Both the position numbers and the translations under genes were made by a program. Shown in pieces: positions 1 to 8,222 of a stretch of DNA of 64,000 nt (position 1 is its first letter; each line of letters begins with the position of its first letter). This DNA is from Candidatus Curtissbacteria bacterium RIFCSPLOWO2_02_41_11. GTDB taxonomy: Bacteria; Patescibacteriota; Microgenomatia; Curtissbacterales; GWA2-41-24. Under the pieces are notes generated by a model that made no database searches, was not told where the DNA came from, and worked only from the letters and a program-made list of their open reading frames with translations. Location of the stretch: the NCBI GenBank assembly GCA_001775055.1, contig MFBU01000009.1:382-64381 (forward strand), in the 5' to 3' direction.

Positions 1-83
1 GAATCTTTCAGTCATATAGACTAAACTTACACAAGCTAACATTATTTTGCTTGACTTTGTGCCGACTTTTGCCTGACAAAAAG

Positions 84-112
84 CTGACAAAGTGCCTTTC
101 GCTTGTTATGAT
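84..112 (+). promoter_or_regulatory. candidate sigma70-like promoter (CTGACA, 17 nt, TATGAT) upstream of first CDS
   Basis: Seen directly: -35-like CTGACA at ~84-89 and -10-like TATGAT at ~107-112 with 17-nt spacing; the first ORF starts at 121 (GTG). Pattern match only. Confidence 0.3.
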
Positions 113-120
113 TAAAGATC

Positions 121-1437
121 GTGGACAGCCCGATTATCGAGGTTAAATATCCAATTAAGTTTAGAGAGGCAGATGCCAAAGTTTTGGGAGAGCACATACG
201 CTTGCGGCATAATGTTGATCTTGTTGGCGTTAAAAGGGTAGGTATCGGCGATTTTTTGAATTTCTTCCTTTATCATAAAGATATTGTTAAAAAATATATC
301 GAAAAGGACCAAAAGCATTTATTGATCCCGATTGATCTTAATGATTTGGTCGAAATCGAACTTTTTGCCTTCTGGATTTTAACCTTAAAACGAGTCGTTG
401 ATTTTCTTGAAAAAGTTGCTATTGATCAAAAAATCAAAAAACACGCCAACACGCTTTTTTTATCAGCGATTCAATCGCAAGATCTCTTTTTAACTATCGA
501 GAGCTTAAGAGAAGTTTTGAGTCAAATTGTTAAAATTGGGTTTTTCCCGACAATTTTCTTTCTTCGCTTTGACCGCATCAGCAATTTAGCAACGGCCGAT
601 TTTTTTGCAAACTTACAGGGACTGCGGGAGTCAACAGGCCAAAAGCTTTGTTTTATTTTTACCAGTTTTCGCTCAATTTCCCGGTTGTCACCGCAAGCTT
701 TCGAGGAAAAATTGCTGTCCCTTTTTTCGCATGTGATGTATCTTAAGCCGGCAAACGAAAAAGATTCCAAAATTATACTGCGCCAAATTAGCAAGAAATA
801 CCGAATCAGAACTAGCGGCAAGACAGCTCGAAGCTTAATTAAAATTTCCGGCGGCCATGCCCAATATCTTTATTTATCTTTGATAATTTTTAATCAACTT
901 AGCCGTGAAATGAAGGTTACTGTTGATAATATCTTGAGTTTGATTCTAGAGGATGAGCGTATTTCTTTGCAATCCGAGGAAATTTGGGAAAGTCTTACAG
1001 ATGTTGAGGAAAAAATAATTGCTGATGTTGCTGGCGGCAAGAAAATCACGTCTAATGATAGGAAAGAAGCCAAGTATCTTTGGGAAACGGGATTGGTTGT
1101 AGACCAAGGAGGACTTTCTGTTTTTAGTCCCTTGTTGGCATCTTATATGCGCGAAAATGGACGAGAGAAGCAAGAGGAGAGCGTGGAGTTGACCAGAAAG
1201 GAAAACCTTTTGTTTTCGCTACTTTTTGAAAATCTTGGCAATCTTTGTGAACGGGAGAAAATTGTCGAGGTGGTTTGGGGGGAATATGAGGATTTGGGTG
1301 TTTCCGATTGGACCATTGATAGATTAGTGGCTAGACTGCGCAATAAACTGAATGATCAGAAGAGCCAATTTGAATTGCTAACAGTCAAAACCCGAGGTTT
1401 TAAATTGGTGAAGGCAAAGTATCAGCAAGAAGGTTGA
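121..1437 (+). CDS. transcriptional regulator with C-terminal OmpR/PhoB-type winged-helix DNA-binding domain; ~350-aa N-terminal domain of unknown function
   Basis: C-terminus LCEREKIVEVVWGEYEDLGVSDWTIDRLVARLRNKL...FELLTVKTRGFKL matches the trans_reg_C wHTH consensus. N-terminal region has no receiver or Walker motifs I can recognise. Start codon uncertain (GTG at 121). Confidence 0.6.
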   Translation: MDSPIIEVKYPIKFREADAKVLGEHIRLRHNVDLVGVKRVGIGDFLNFFLYHKDIVKKYIEKDQKHLLIPIDLNDLVEIELFAFWILTLKRVVDFLEKVAIDQKIKKHANTLFLSAIQSQDLFLTIESLREVLSQIVKIGFFPTIFFLRFDRISNLATADFFANLQGLRESTGQKLCFIFTSFRSISRLSPQAFEEKLLSLFSHVMYLKPANEKDSKIILRQISKKYRIRTSGKTARSLIKISGGHAQYLYLSLIIFNQLSREMKVTVDNILSLILEDERISLQSEEIWESLTDVEEKIIADVAGGKKITSNDRKEAKYLWETGLVVDQGGLSVFSPLLASYMRENGREKQEESVELTRKENLLFSLLFENLGNLCEREKIVEVVWGEYEDLGVSDWTIDRLVARLRNKLNDQKSQFELLTVKTRGFKLVKAKYQQEG

Positions 1438-1454
1438 TCTGTTAAAATATCCTC

Positions 1455-2069
1455 ATGGTAAAGCAAGATCACAAAATCCAGATTATTGACCCCAAAACTA
1501 CTTATATTGATGAACAAGCTAAGGTCGGTGAAGGCACGACGATTTATCCCAACACGACCATTTTGGGAAAAACCACAATTGGCAAAAACTGTGAAATTGG
1601 GCCAAATTCAATTATTCAAGATAGCGTTATTGGTGATGATTGTGTCATTTTCTTTTCGGTAGTTAAAGGGTCCCAGATTGCGGATGATGTTGACATCGGC
1701 CCATTTTCGCATTTGCGCGGTGATGTCAAAATCGGTAAAGGTGTGCATATCGGTAATTATGTGGAAATGGTCAGGTCGACAGTCGGTTCTCAAAGTAAAA
1801 TCGGCCATCAAGCCTATTTGGGCGATACAACGGTGGGAGAACGCGTCAATATTGGCTCCGGTACTTTAACTGCCAATTTTGACGGAGTTAGCAAGCATCA
1901 AACAATTATTGAAGACGAGGTTTTTATCGGTGCTAATACGGTTTTGGTGGCACCGGTTAAAGTAGGCAAGGGTGCTAAAACCGGAGCAGGAGCAGTAGTT
2001 AAACAGGATGTACCAGAAAAAACTTTAGTTGCGGGAGTGCCGGCAGAGGTTAAGAAAAAGCTATCTTAA
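1455..2069 (+). CDS. hexapeptide-repeat (left-handed beta-helix) acyl/acetyltransferase, GlmU C-terminal-domain-like
   Basis: Repeated [LIV]GxxxxI hexapeptide motifs throughout (IGKNCEIGPNSIIQDSVIGDDCVI..., VDIGPFSHLRGDVKIGKGVHIGN...). Confidence 0.7.
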   Translation: MVKQDHKIQIIDPKTTYIDEQAKVGEGTTIYPNTTILGKTTIGKNCEIGPNSIIQDSVIGDDCVIFFSVVKGSQIADDVDIGPFSHLRGDVKIGKGVHIGNYVEMVRSTVGSQSKIGHQAYLGDTTVGERVNIGSGTLTANFDGVSKHQTIIEDEVFIGANTVLVAPVKVGKGAKTGAGAVVKQDVPEKTLVAGVPAEVKKKLS

Positions 2070-2076
2070 ATTACTC

Positions 2077-3312
2077 ATGAAGCTTTACGAATTTGAAGGG
2101 CATCGAATTTTGGCAAAAGCCGGGATCGAGAGTCCCTTTTTTATTGTTTGTTCAAGTATTGACGAGGTCAAGCAGGCCAGAAAAAGGCTTAAATTTCCGA
2201 TTGTTGCCAAGGTTCAAGTCCTCACCGGTCGTCGGGGCAAAGCAGGTGGAGTCAAATTTTTTACAAAAGAAAAACAGCTGTTAACATTTGCCAAAGAACA
2301 TTTCGGCCAGGATTTTATGGGCGAAAAGGTGCGTTTTGTTAGTCTTTCCCAAAAAGTTGAAATTAAAAAGGAATATTACATGTCTATTACTTACGATACC
2401 GTCAAAAAACTGCCATTTCTAATTTTTTCTTTTCAGGGCGGGATAGATATTGAAGAAATCAAAAAAAAAGATCCCAGCTTAATAAAAACTTTTGATATCG
2501 ATCCAATTTCCGGCCCAAAAGACAAGGATTTAGCCAAATTCTTTGAGCAGGATAAAACAGTTCTTGCAGATTTTGCCCTACGACTTTGGGATGCTTTTAG
2601 TCGCTATGACTTGCGCCTGATTGAGGTTAACCCGATTGGTTTAACAGCTGATGGTTACCTTATGGCAATCGATGCCAAAATAATTCTTGACGACGCGGGG
2701 CTTTTGCGCCATCGGGATTTGGACATTTTGCCAAAAGGAGCGATTTCGGCAATTCCCACGGATCGTGAGATACTGGCCAAAAAGATTGACGAGGATGACT
2801 ACCGCGGGTCGGCCGGCTCAACTTTTATCGAATTTGACGGGGATGTTGTTGTCTTGGCGTCTGGTGGAGGCGCCTCGCTTTTGGTGATGGATTCGGTGAT
2901 TGATGCTGGTGGACGGCCTGCCAATTACACCGAATACTCGGGTAATCCGCCGGCTGAAAAAGTTCAGAAGTTAACTAAGATTGCTTTGGATCGTGAGGGT
3001 TTATCTGGTTGTTTGGTAGCTGGGGCGGTAGCCAACTTTACTGATATTTATGAGACATTGAGAGGTTTTATTGAGGGATTGCGCCAAGTGCGTCCAAAGC
3101 CAACTTACCCGATTGTGATCAGGCGCGGAGGGCCAAGACAGGAAGAGGCTTATGAGATGATCAAAAAAGTTGCCAGGCGTGAGGGTTTTGATATTCATCT
3201 TTTTGGACCGGAAACGCCGATTTCGGTGGCTTGCCAAAAGATGGTGGAGTTAGCAAACGATTATAAAATTCGGAACCCGAAGCACGAAAGCCGAATCGAT
3301 TCGTATCATTAG
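2077..3312 (+). CDS. ATP-grasp subunit of an acyl-CoA synthetase (ADP-forming), SucC / citryl-CoA synthetase beta-like
   Basis: N-terminus MKLYEFEGHRILAKAGIESP...FPIVAKVQVLTGRRGKAGGVKFF resembles SucC/AclB ATP-grasp N-termini. Start moved to ATG 2077, directly after the upstream stop at 2067-2069; the track ORF from 2029 overlaps the previous gene. Confidence 0.8.
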   Translation: MKLYEFEGHRILAKAGIESPFFIVCSSIDEVKQARKRLKFPIVAKVQVLTGRRGKAGGVKFFTKEKQLLTFAKEHFGQDFMGEKVRFVSLSQKVEIKKEYYMSITYDTVKKLPFLIFSFQGGIDIEEIKKKDPSLIKTFDIDPISGPKDKDLAKFFEQDKTVLADFALRLWDAFSRYDLRLIEVNPIGLTADGYLMAIDAKIILDDAGLLRHRDLDILPKGAISAIPTDREILAKKIDEDDYRGSAGSTFIEFDGDVVVLASGGGASLLVMDSVIDAGGRPANYTEYSGNPPAEKVQKLTKIALDREGLSGCLVAGAVANFTDIYETLRGFIEGLRQVRPKPTYPIVIRRGGPRQEEAYEMIKKVARREGFDIHLFGPETPISVACQKMVELANDYKIRNPKHESRIDSYH

Positions 3313-3378
3313 TATCCATTAGTATATTGGTATCGATGCTAATATACGAATTCATACTAATTATACAAATATAAGTAT

Positions 3379-4272
3379 ATGGCTATTTTGGTTGATAGAG
3401 AAACTAGAGTTTTAATTCAGGGAATTACCGGCCGCTCCGGAGTTCAGGTTACTTCCGAGCTGTTGGATTACGGCACGAAAGTAGTCGCTGGGGTGACGCC
3501 TGGCAAGGGTGGGCAAGAGATAGATACGGTGCCGGTTTTTAATTCGGTTAGTGAGGCGATTAAAACTGTCGGTGAGGTTGATGTGGCGATGGTTTATGTA
3601 CCGCCTCTTTCGGCACACGCAGCGGCGATGGAGGCGATTGAGGCTAAAATTGCGCTGGTCCATATTTTTGTAGAAAAAATGCCGGTTTTCGATGTTTGTC
3701 AAGTTTTATCACTGGCTGTCAAAAATCAGGTTCGGGTTTTGGGGCCGGCCTCGGTTGGTGCAATTTCACCGGGAGAAGGTAAAATCGGCTCGATAGGCGG
3801 GCCGGCTCCAGATAACGTTTTTAGTAAAGGTCCTATTGGCGTTATTTCCAGATCTGGTGGTATGTGTTCAGAATTGGGACTTCTAATTACCAATTCTGGA
3901 TTTGGTCAGTCGACGGTGGTGGGTATTGGCGGCGATTTGATTGTTGGGACAACCTTTTCTGATTTATTGATCGAGTTCGAGCAAGATCGAGATACAAAAG
4001 CAGTTGTCGCTTTTGGGGAAGTCGGGGGCTCAAGCGAAATTGAAGTGGCAAGGTTAATCGAGGAAGGGAAATTTACTAAACCATTTATCATTTTTCTGGC
4101 TGGCAAATTTGCCGAAAAATTACCGCGCGATACCAGTCTTGGCCATGCCGGGGCAATCGTGGGGATGGAGTCAACAATGGCTCAAAAAATTAAGGCATTA
4201 AGAGATGCTGGTGCAATTGTTGCCGAGAATTTTGAGGAAATACCAGATTTAATTAAAAAGGCAGTCGGGTAG
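3379..4272 (+). CDS. CoA-binding subunit of an acyl-CoA synthetase, SucD / citryl-CoA synthetase alpha-like
   Basis: MAILVDRETRVLIQGITGRSGVQ...VVAGVTPGKGGQEIDTVPVFNSVSEA is a typical SucD N-terminus with CoA-binding Rossmann fold and GVTPGKGG motif. Confidence 0.85.
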   Translation: MAILVDRETRVLIQGITGRSGVQVTSELLDYGTKVVAGVTPGKGGQEIDTVPVFNSVSEAIKTVGEVDVAMVYVPPLSAHAAAMEAIEAKIALVHIFVEKMPVFDVCQVLSLAVKNQVRVLGPASVGAISPGEGKIGSIGGPAPDNVFSKGPIGVISRSGGMCSELGLLITNSGFGQSTVVGIGGDLIVGTTFSDLLIEFEQDRDTKAVVAFGEVGGSSEIEVARLIEEGKFTKPFIIFLAGKFAEKLPRDTSLGHAGAIVGMESTMAQKIKALRDAGAIVAENFEEIPDLIKKAVG

Positions 4273-4318
4273 GTAGGTTGGTAGGTAAGGAGGTAATTAG
4301 GTATACTTAAGTTGGAAT

Positions 4319-5056
4319 ATGTCTAAGCAATATAGAACTGCAATTACTACTCATATTGACGGTAAACCCCATGTTTACGGTTATGATTTAAACAAACTTG
4401 CCGGAAATAGCTCTTTTGCCCGTACTATCTACCTTATTTTGAAAGGGGAGATGCCGGACAAAAATTCCGAGAAGATGTTAGACGCGATGCTTTCAATTGC
4501 TATTGATCACGGAGTCGAGCCGGCGTCGGTGGTTGCTGCCCGCAATGTTTATTCGGGTGGCAGTCCTCTGCAGGCGGCGGTAGCAGCAGGGGTCTTGGCA
4601 TTTGGTGAATATCATGGTGGGGCGATCGAGATGGCTATGGAGAACTTTAAGAAGTATCAGCCTTTTGGAGTCAAAAAATTGGTTGAGGATTTTGCCAAAA
4701 CGGGCGTTCGAGTTTCTGGATTTGGTCACCGTCTTTATACTGTTGATCCCAGGACTCAAAGACTTTTAGAACTCGCCAAAGAGTTCGGTTTTTGGGGTAA
4801 ATATGTTAGGTTCGCAGTGGATTTGGAAAGTGAATTATCCAAAGGGGTAAAACTCTTACCTCTTAATATTGACGGCGTTTTTGCAGCACTACTTTTGGAG
4901 ATGGGTTTTAATCCCAAAGTCGGCAAAGGCGTTTTTATTATCGCCAGAACACCTGGTCTGGTGGCCCATGTAGTTGAGGAGGCATTAAGAGAGAAGCCGG
5001 TGAGAAGACTAAATGAAAAAGATATTGAGTATGATGGACCAAGACCGAGAAAATAA
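4319..5056 (+). CDS. citrate-synthase-fold protein, short form (citryl-CoA lyase-like)
   Basis: Citrate synthase signature region SGFGHRLYTVDPRTQRLLELAKEFG (compare GFGHRVYK.DPRA) and an upstream HGG...A-rich segment. At 245 aa it is far shorter than a full citrate synthase and resembles Ccl or the ACL C-terminal domain. Confidence 0.7.
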   Translation: MSKQYRTAITTHIDGKPHVYGYDLNKLAGNSSFARTIYLILKGEMPDKNSEKMLDAMLSIAIDHGVEPASVVAARNVYSGGSPLQAAVAAGVLAFGEYHGGAIEMAMENFKKYQPFGVKKLVEDFAKTGVRVSGFGHRLYTVDPRTQRLLELAKEFGFWGKYVRFAVDLESELSKGVKLLPLNIDGVFAALLLEMGFNPKVGKGVFIIARTPGLVAHVVEEALREKPVRRLNEKDIEYDGPRPRK

Positions 5057-5206
5057 AAATTCGAAATCCGAAGCACGAAATCCTAAACAAATTCAAATGA
5101 TCTAAATTCAAAAGTACAAATTAAATAGTATGAAATTTTGTATTTTGAGAATTTGGATTTTAAAAATTGTTTCGAGTTTCGAAATTAGAATTTCGGATTT
5201 ACAAAT

Positions 5207-5710
5207 ATGGTAATATTTGGAGTTGATCCCGGTACAGCTACTACTGGTTATGGGATTATAAAAAGTCAGAAATCAATGTCGAAGCCGGCAGCTGAACTGA
5301 TCGATTATGGGTGTATAGTTACCCCAAAGGAGAAGGAAATGCCTCTGAGGCTATATATTATCCAAAAAGCGCTTAAAAGTCTTTTGAGACAATATAAACC
5401 TGATTGTGTTATTGTCGAACAATTGTTCTTCGGAATTAATTCCAAAACAGCAATGACAGTAGGGCAGGCTAAAGGGGTAGTTCTTTCGACTGCCGCAGGC
5501 TATAGGCTACCAGTGATTGAATATCAGGGACTTCATGTAAAACATACTTTAACCGGCAGTGGACGGGCTGACAAAAAACAAGTCCAAAAATCGGTGATGA
5601 AGTTTTTGGGGAAGCGAAAATTGAAAAAGCCTGCCAATGGATATTTAGATGATGCTGCCGATGCGCTGGCGGTGGCGATCTGTCATGCGATTAAGGTCGC
5701 TAAAGGCTAA
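5207..5710 (+). CDS. ruvC: crossover junction endodeoxyribonuclease RuvC
   Basis: MVIFGVDPGTATTGYGII...CVIVEQLFFGINSKTAMTVGQAKGV...LDDAADALAVAICHA matches the RuvC catalytic motifs. Confidence 0.9.
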   Translation: MVIFGVDPGTATTGYGIIKSQKSMSKPAAELIDYGCIVTPKEKEMPLRLYIIQKALKSLLRQYKPDCVIVEQLFFGINSKTAMTVGQAKGVVLSTAAGYRLPVIEYQGLHVKHTLTGSGRADKKQVQKSVMKFLGKRKLKKPANGYLDDAADALAVAICHAIKVAKG

Positions 5711-5789
5711 AAGACTAACGACTAACGCCTTAAAATCCAAGCATTAGTCGTTTAGCATTAGACATTAGTCGATAGGAGGAAGTGGGGAA

Positions 5790-6614
5790 GTGACTAACTT
5801 TGAGAATCTTCGCAAAACTTTCAAAAAAATAACTTCATACGAGATTACCAAAAGACAGAAGTTAATACTGATGTCCTTTTTTCTGACGGTTATTTTGTTG
5901 GCAACGCAAACAGTGGGCGAGGATATTAGATATCAGGTAATGGGCTTCATGGCGATTGCCACGGTTTTTTTGGCCGTTTTTTCTCTTTGGGGAGAACTTT
6001 CCGGTATCAAGTACTTTTTACTTTTGCTTTTACCGATCTATTTTGTGGCTGGAGCCTCCTTATTTTACTTTTTGCTGCCGGTTAGGTGGTTGACCAGGGT
6101 GCCATATGCATTTTTATTTGGGATTTCGGTCTATCTTTTGATGCTTACTTCCAATATTTATAATGTGGCGGCAATTAGAACTATTGCTTTGCTTCGCGCA
6201 GCGCATGCTGTTGGCCTTTTGTTTTCGCTGATTGCCACTTTTTTTCTTGCCAATGTTTTATTTTCTTTTCACTTGCCGTTTTATTTGCTAGTTGCTGGGA
6301 CAATTGCTATTGTCTTTCCGCTTTATCTGGTTGGATTATGGTCATATGAACTTGAGGAATTTATCTCCAAAAAAGTTTTTATTTACGCTGTTATTTTTAC
6401 CTTTGTTTCGGCGCAAGTTATACTTACTCTTTCTTTTTGGCCGATTGCGCCGATAAACGGGGCACTCGCTTTGGCAACTATTATGTATGTCTTGCTGGGG
6501 CTTTCCAGGTTGGATTTTGAGGAGAAATTAAAAAAAAGAGTAGTCTGGGAGCATGTGGCGGTTGCTTTGGTGGTTTTTGTGATTATTCTGATGACTACCA
6601 GATGGGGAGGGTGA
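5790..6614 (+). CDS. polytopic integral membrane protein, function unknown
   Basis: At least 7 hydrophobic helices. GTG start at 5790 with AGGAGGA Shine-Dalgarno (SD) 8 nt upstream. Confidence 0.6.
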   Translation: MTNFENLRKTFKKITSYEITKRQKLILMSFFLTVILLATQTVGEDIRYQVMGFMAIATVFLAVFSLWGELSGIKYFLLLLLPIYFVAGASLFYFLLPVRWLTRVPYAFLFGISVYLLMLTSNIYNVAAIRTIALLRAAHAVGLLFSLIATFFLANVLFSFHLPFYLLVAGTIAIVFPLYLVGLWSYELEEFISKKVFIYAVIFTFVSAQVILTLSFWPIAPINGALALATIMYVLLGLSRLDFEEKLKKRVVWEHVAVALVVFVIILMTTRWGG

Positions 6615-6733
6615 ACCAAGCTTCGCTTGGTAATTTTCAATTTCCAATTTTCAATTTCTAATTTCCAAAGTAATCCACGGTGTCAAGTTGGTATCAACAT
6701 CAACCACGCGAGATGTGTAATCGGTTGTAGGCT

Positions 6734-7354
6734 TTAATTTTCTATTGGGGGTCGATGGACAAATCTTTCTAGCTTTCCTTTTAATGTCGATGGTTGTAGC
6801 AATTGATGGATGTTCCTCAAATCTATTACTTCTGAAGTGAGCTCATTTAACCATTGTCGATCAATAGTTATTCCTTGAATTTGTTGGGTAGATTCTGCTC
6901 CAAATAGAAGCGTTCTTCTGGCTGTTAATAACAATGATTCAGTAATTCGTGGGTTTTTGCAAGAGAAGAGTTGTCTAGCTATAATATGGATCAGCAAAGA
7001 ACTGACAGCACTTTTACATGTCCAGCGGACAAATTGTGACTTTCTTTCTGCTGGCCAATCTTTGCCTTCTTGGTTCAAGATGCTGTTTACAAAGTCACGG
7101 AGTTTCTCGTCAAACTTGACCTCCCCGTTTCTATAGTGCTCATACCCCAATTTTTCTTTGATTGGAGCGGGGGCGGGGAAAATACGTTGAAAGTCTTCGT
7201 CAATTTCTAAATCTTTTGTATAACCGTTGACTATTTTATAAACCGTATCGGAAAGTTTTCTGAACCTTTTGGATCCAAGAAAGGCTGACAAATTTTCGAA
7301 AGCAATTTCGCCGATGGCTCTTTCTTGTACCATTTTAGAAGCGGATTTTAGCAC
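6734..7354 (-). CDS. hypothetical protein (206 aa), no recognisable motif
   Basis: Long clean ORF with an N-terminus consistent with a start; the 5' side faces an ~840-bp non-coding region. A REP-like fragment (GGTGTCAAGTTG) lies just downstream at ~6685. Confidence 0.5.
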   Translation of the reverse strand: MLKSASKMVQERAIGEIAFENLSAFLGSKRFRKLSDTVYKIVNGYTKDLEIDEDFQRIFPAPAPIKEKLGYEHYRNGEVKFDEKLRDFVNSILNQEGKDWPAERKSQFVRWTCKSAVSSLLIHIIARQLFSCKNPRITESLLLTARRTLLFGAESTQQIQGITIDRQWLNELTSEVIDLRNIHQLLQPSTLKGKLERFVHRPPIEN

Positions 7355-8222
7355 ATAGGTTTGACTAAGTCAAGCCCTATAGTGTTAATTGGGGAAGAGA
7401 AGAATTTAACAAATTTCTAATTTCTAAATCCTAACTTCTAAAATTTTAGCTTCAATTTATAAAAAATTCCCGCAAAAAAAATATGATAGAGGAGGCGGAG
7501 TAGGGGGTATAGGTTTACACTGAGCGAAAGCGAAGTGATATAGTTTGATACATTTCGTGAAAACGAGAAGAAAAAAAGCGTGAAAAATTGATCAAGCTAT
7601 AGATTATCAACTATAAGGTTTTAATTACACGGCTAAAAGGATATAGTCAGGTATAAATCAGGTATAAATATAGAGGACTATGAGGCTCTTTATCCTCTAT
7701 AAGTTGTCCAATTTGGCAATTTTAGCAAGCGATGACCATGAATGCTAATGGCTAAAGTGCTGTTTTTGAGGGTTTTTGGGGAGGGGGTCTTTTAGGACAC
7801 AATTGACAATTGACATTTAACCTTTAACATTTTTTTCTACATCTTTTGCACCATTACTCCCCACAGAATAAGGGATAATGTTGCCGTCGCCTATGCGTCG
7901 CACAATGATACTTTTGCGACATAGATTGAGGCCGAGAGAGCAGGCGAAGCTCAATTTTGGTTTCTGGTTTCCAGTTTCAGGTTTCTAGTTATATTATTGT
8001 TGTTTCTTTATTTTTGACTTTTAACTTTTAATTTTTAACTTATCCAGTTTGTTCCATTTATCCCCTATTTGTTTTTATTTGCGTATTTTAGATTCTCTTT
8101 GCTCTTAAATTAATTAAAATAATGGTGGGAAATATCTAATTAATATAAAACGGCCGTTAAAAGGGCAATAATAGGCTTGGTGAACTTGAAAAAGCTTGTT
8201 GGAAAGCCTAAAATTAAAACTT

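Noticed and set aside
1608-1869. Short internal or antisense ORFs from the track nested in strong homolog genes (for example 1608..1811, 1678..1869, 3412..3702, 13058..13345, 25804..26172)
   Set aside because: They are fully nested in or antisense to genes with clear homology, have no independent signals, and are typical of AT-rich frames.
7355-8195. tmRNA, SRP RNA or RNase P RNA in the long non-coding region
   Set aside because: By eye no signature motifs were found: no GGUUCGAnUCC T-arm or alanine-acceptor end; no GGAAGCAGCC-type SRP domain IV (only a short GTGCTGTTT match); no RNase P GGAAAGUCCGG. The question remains open pending a covariance-model scan.
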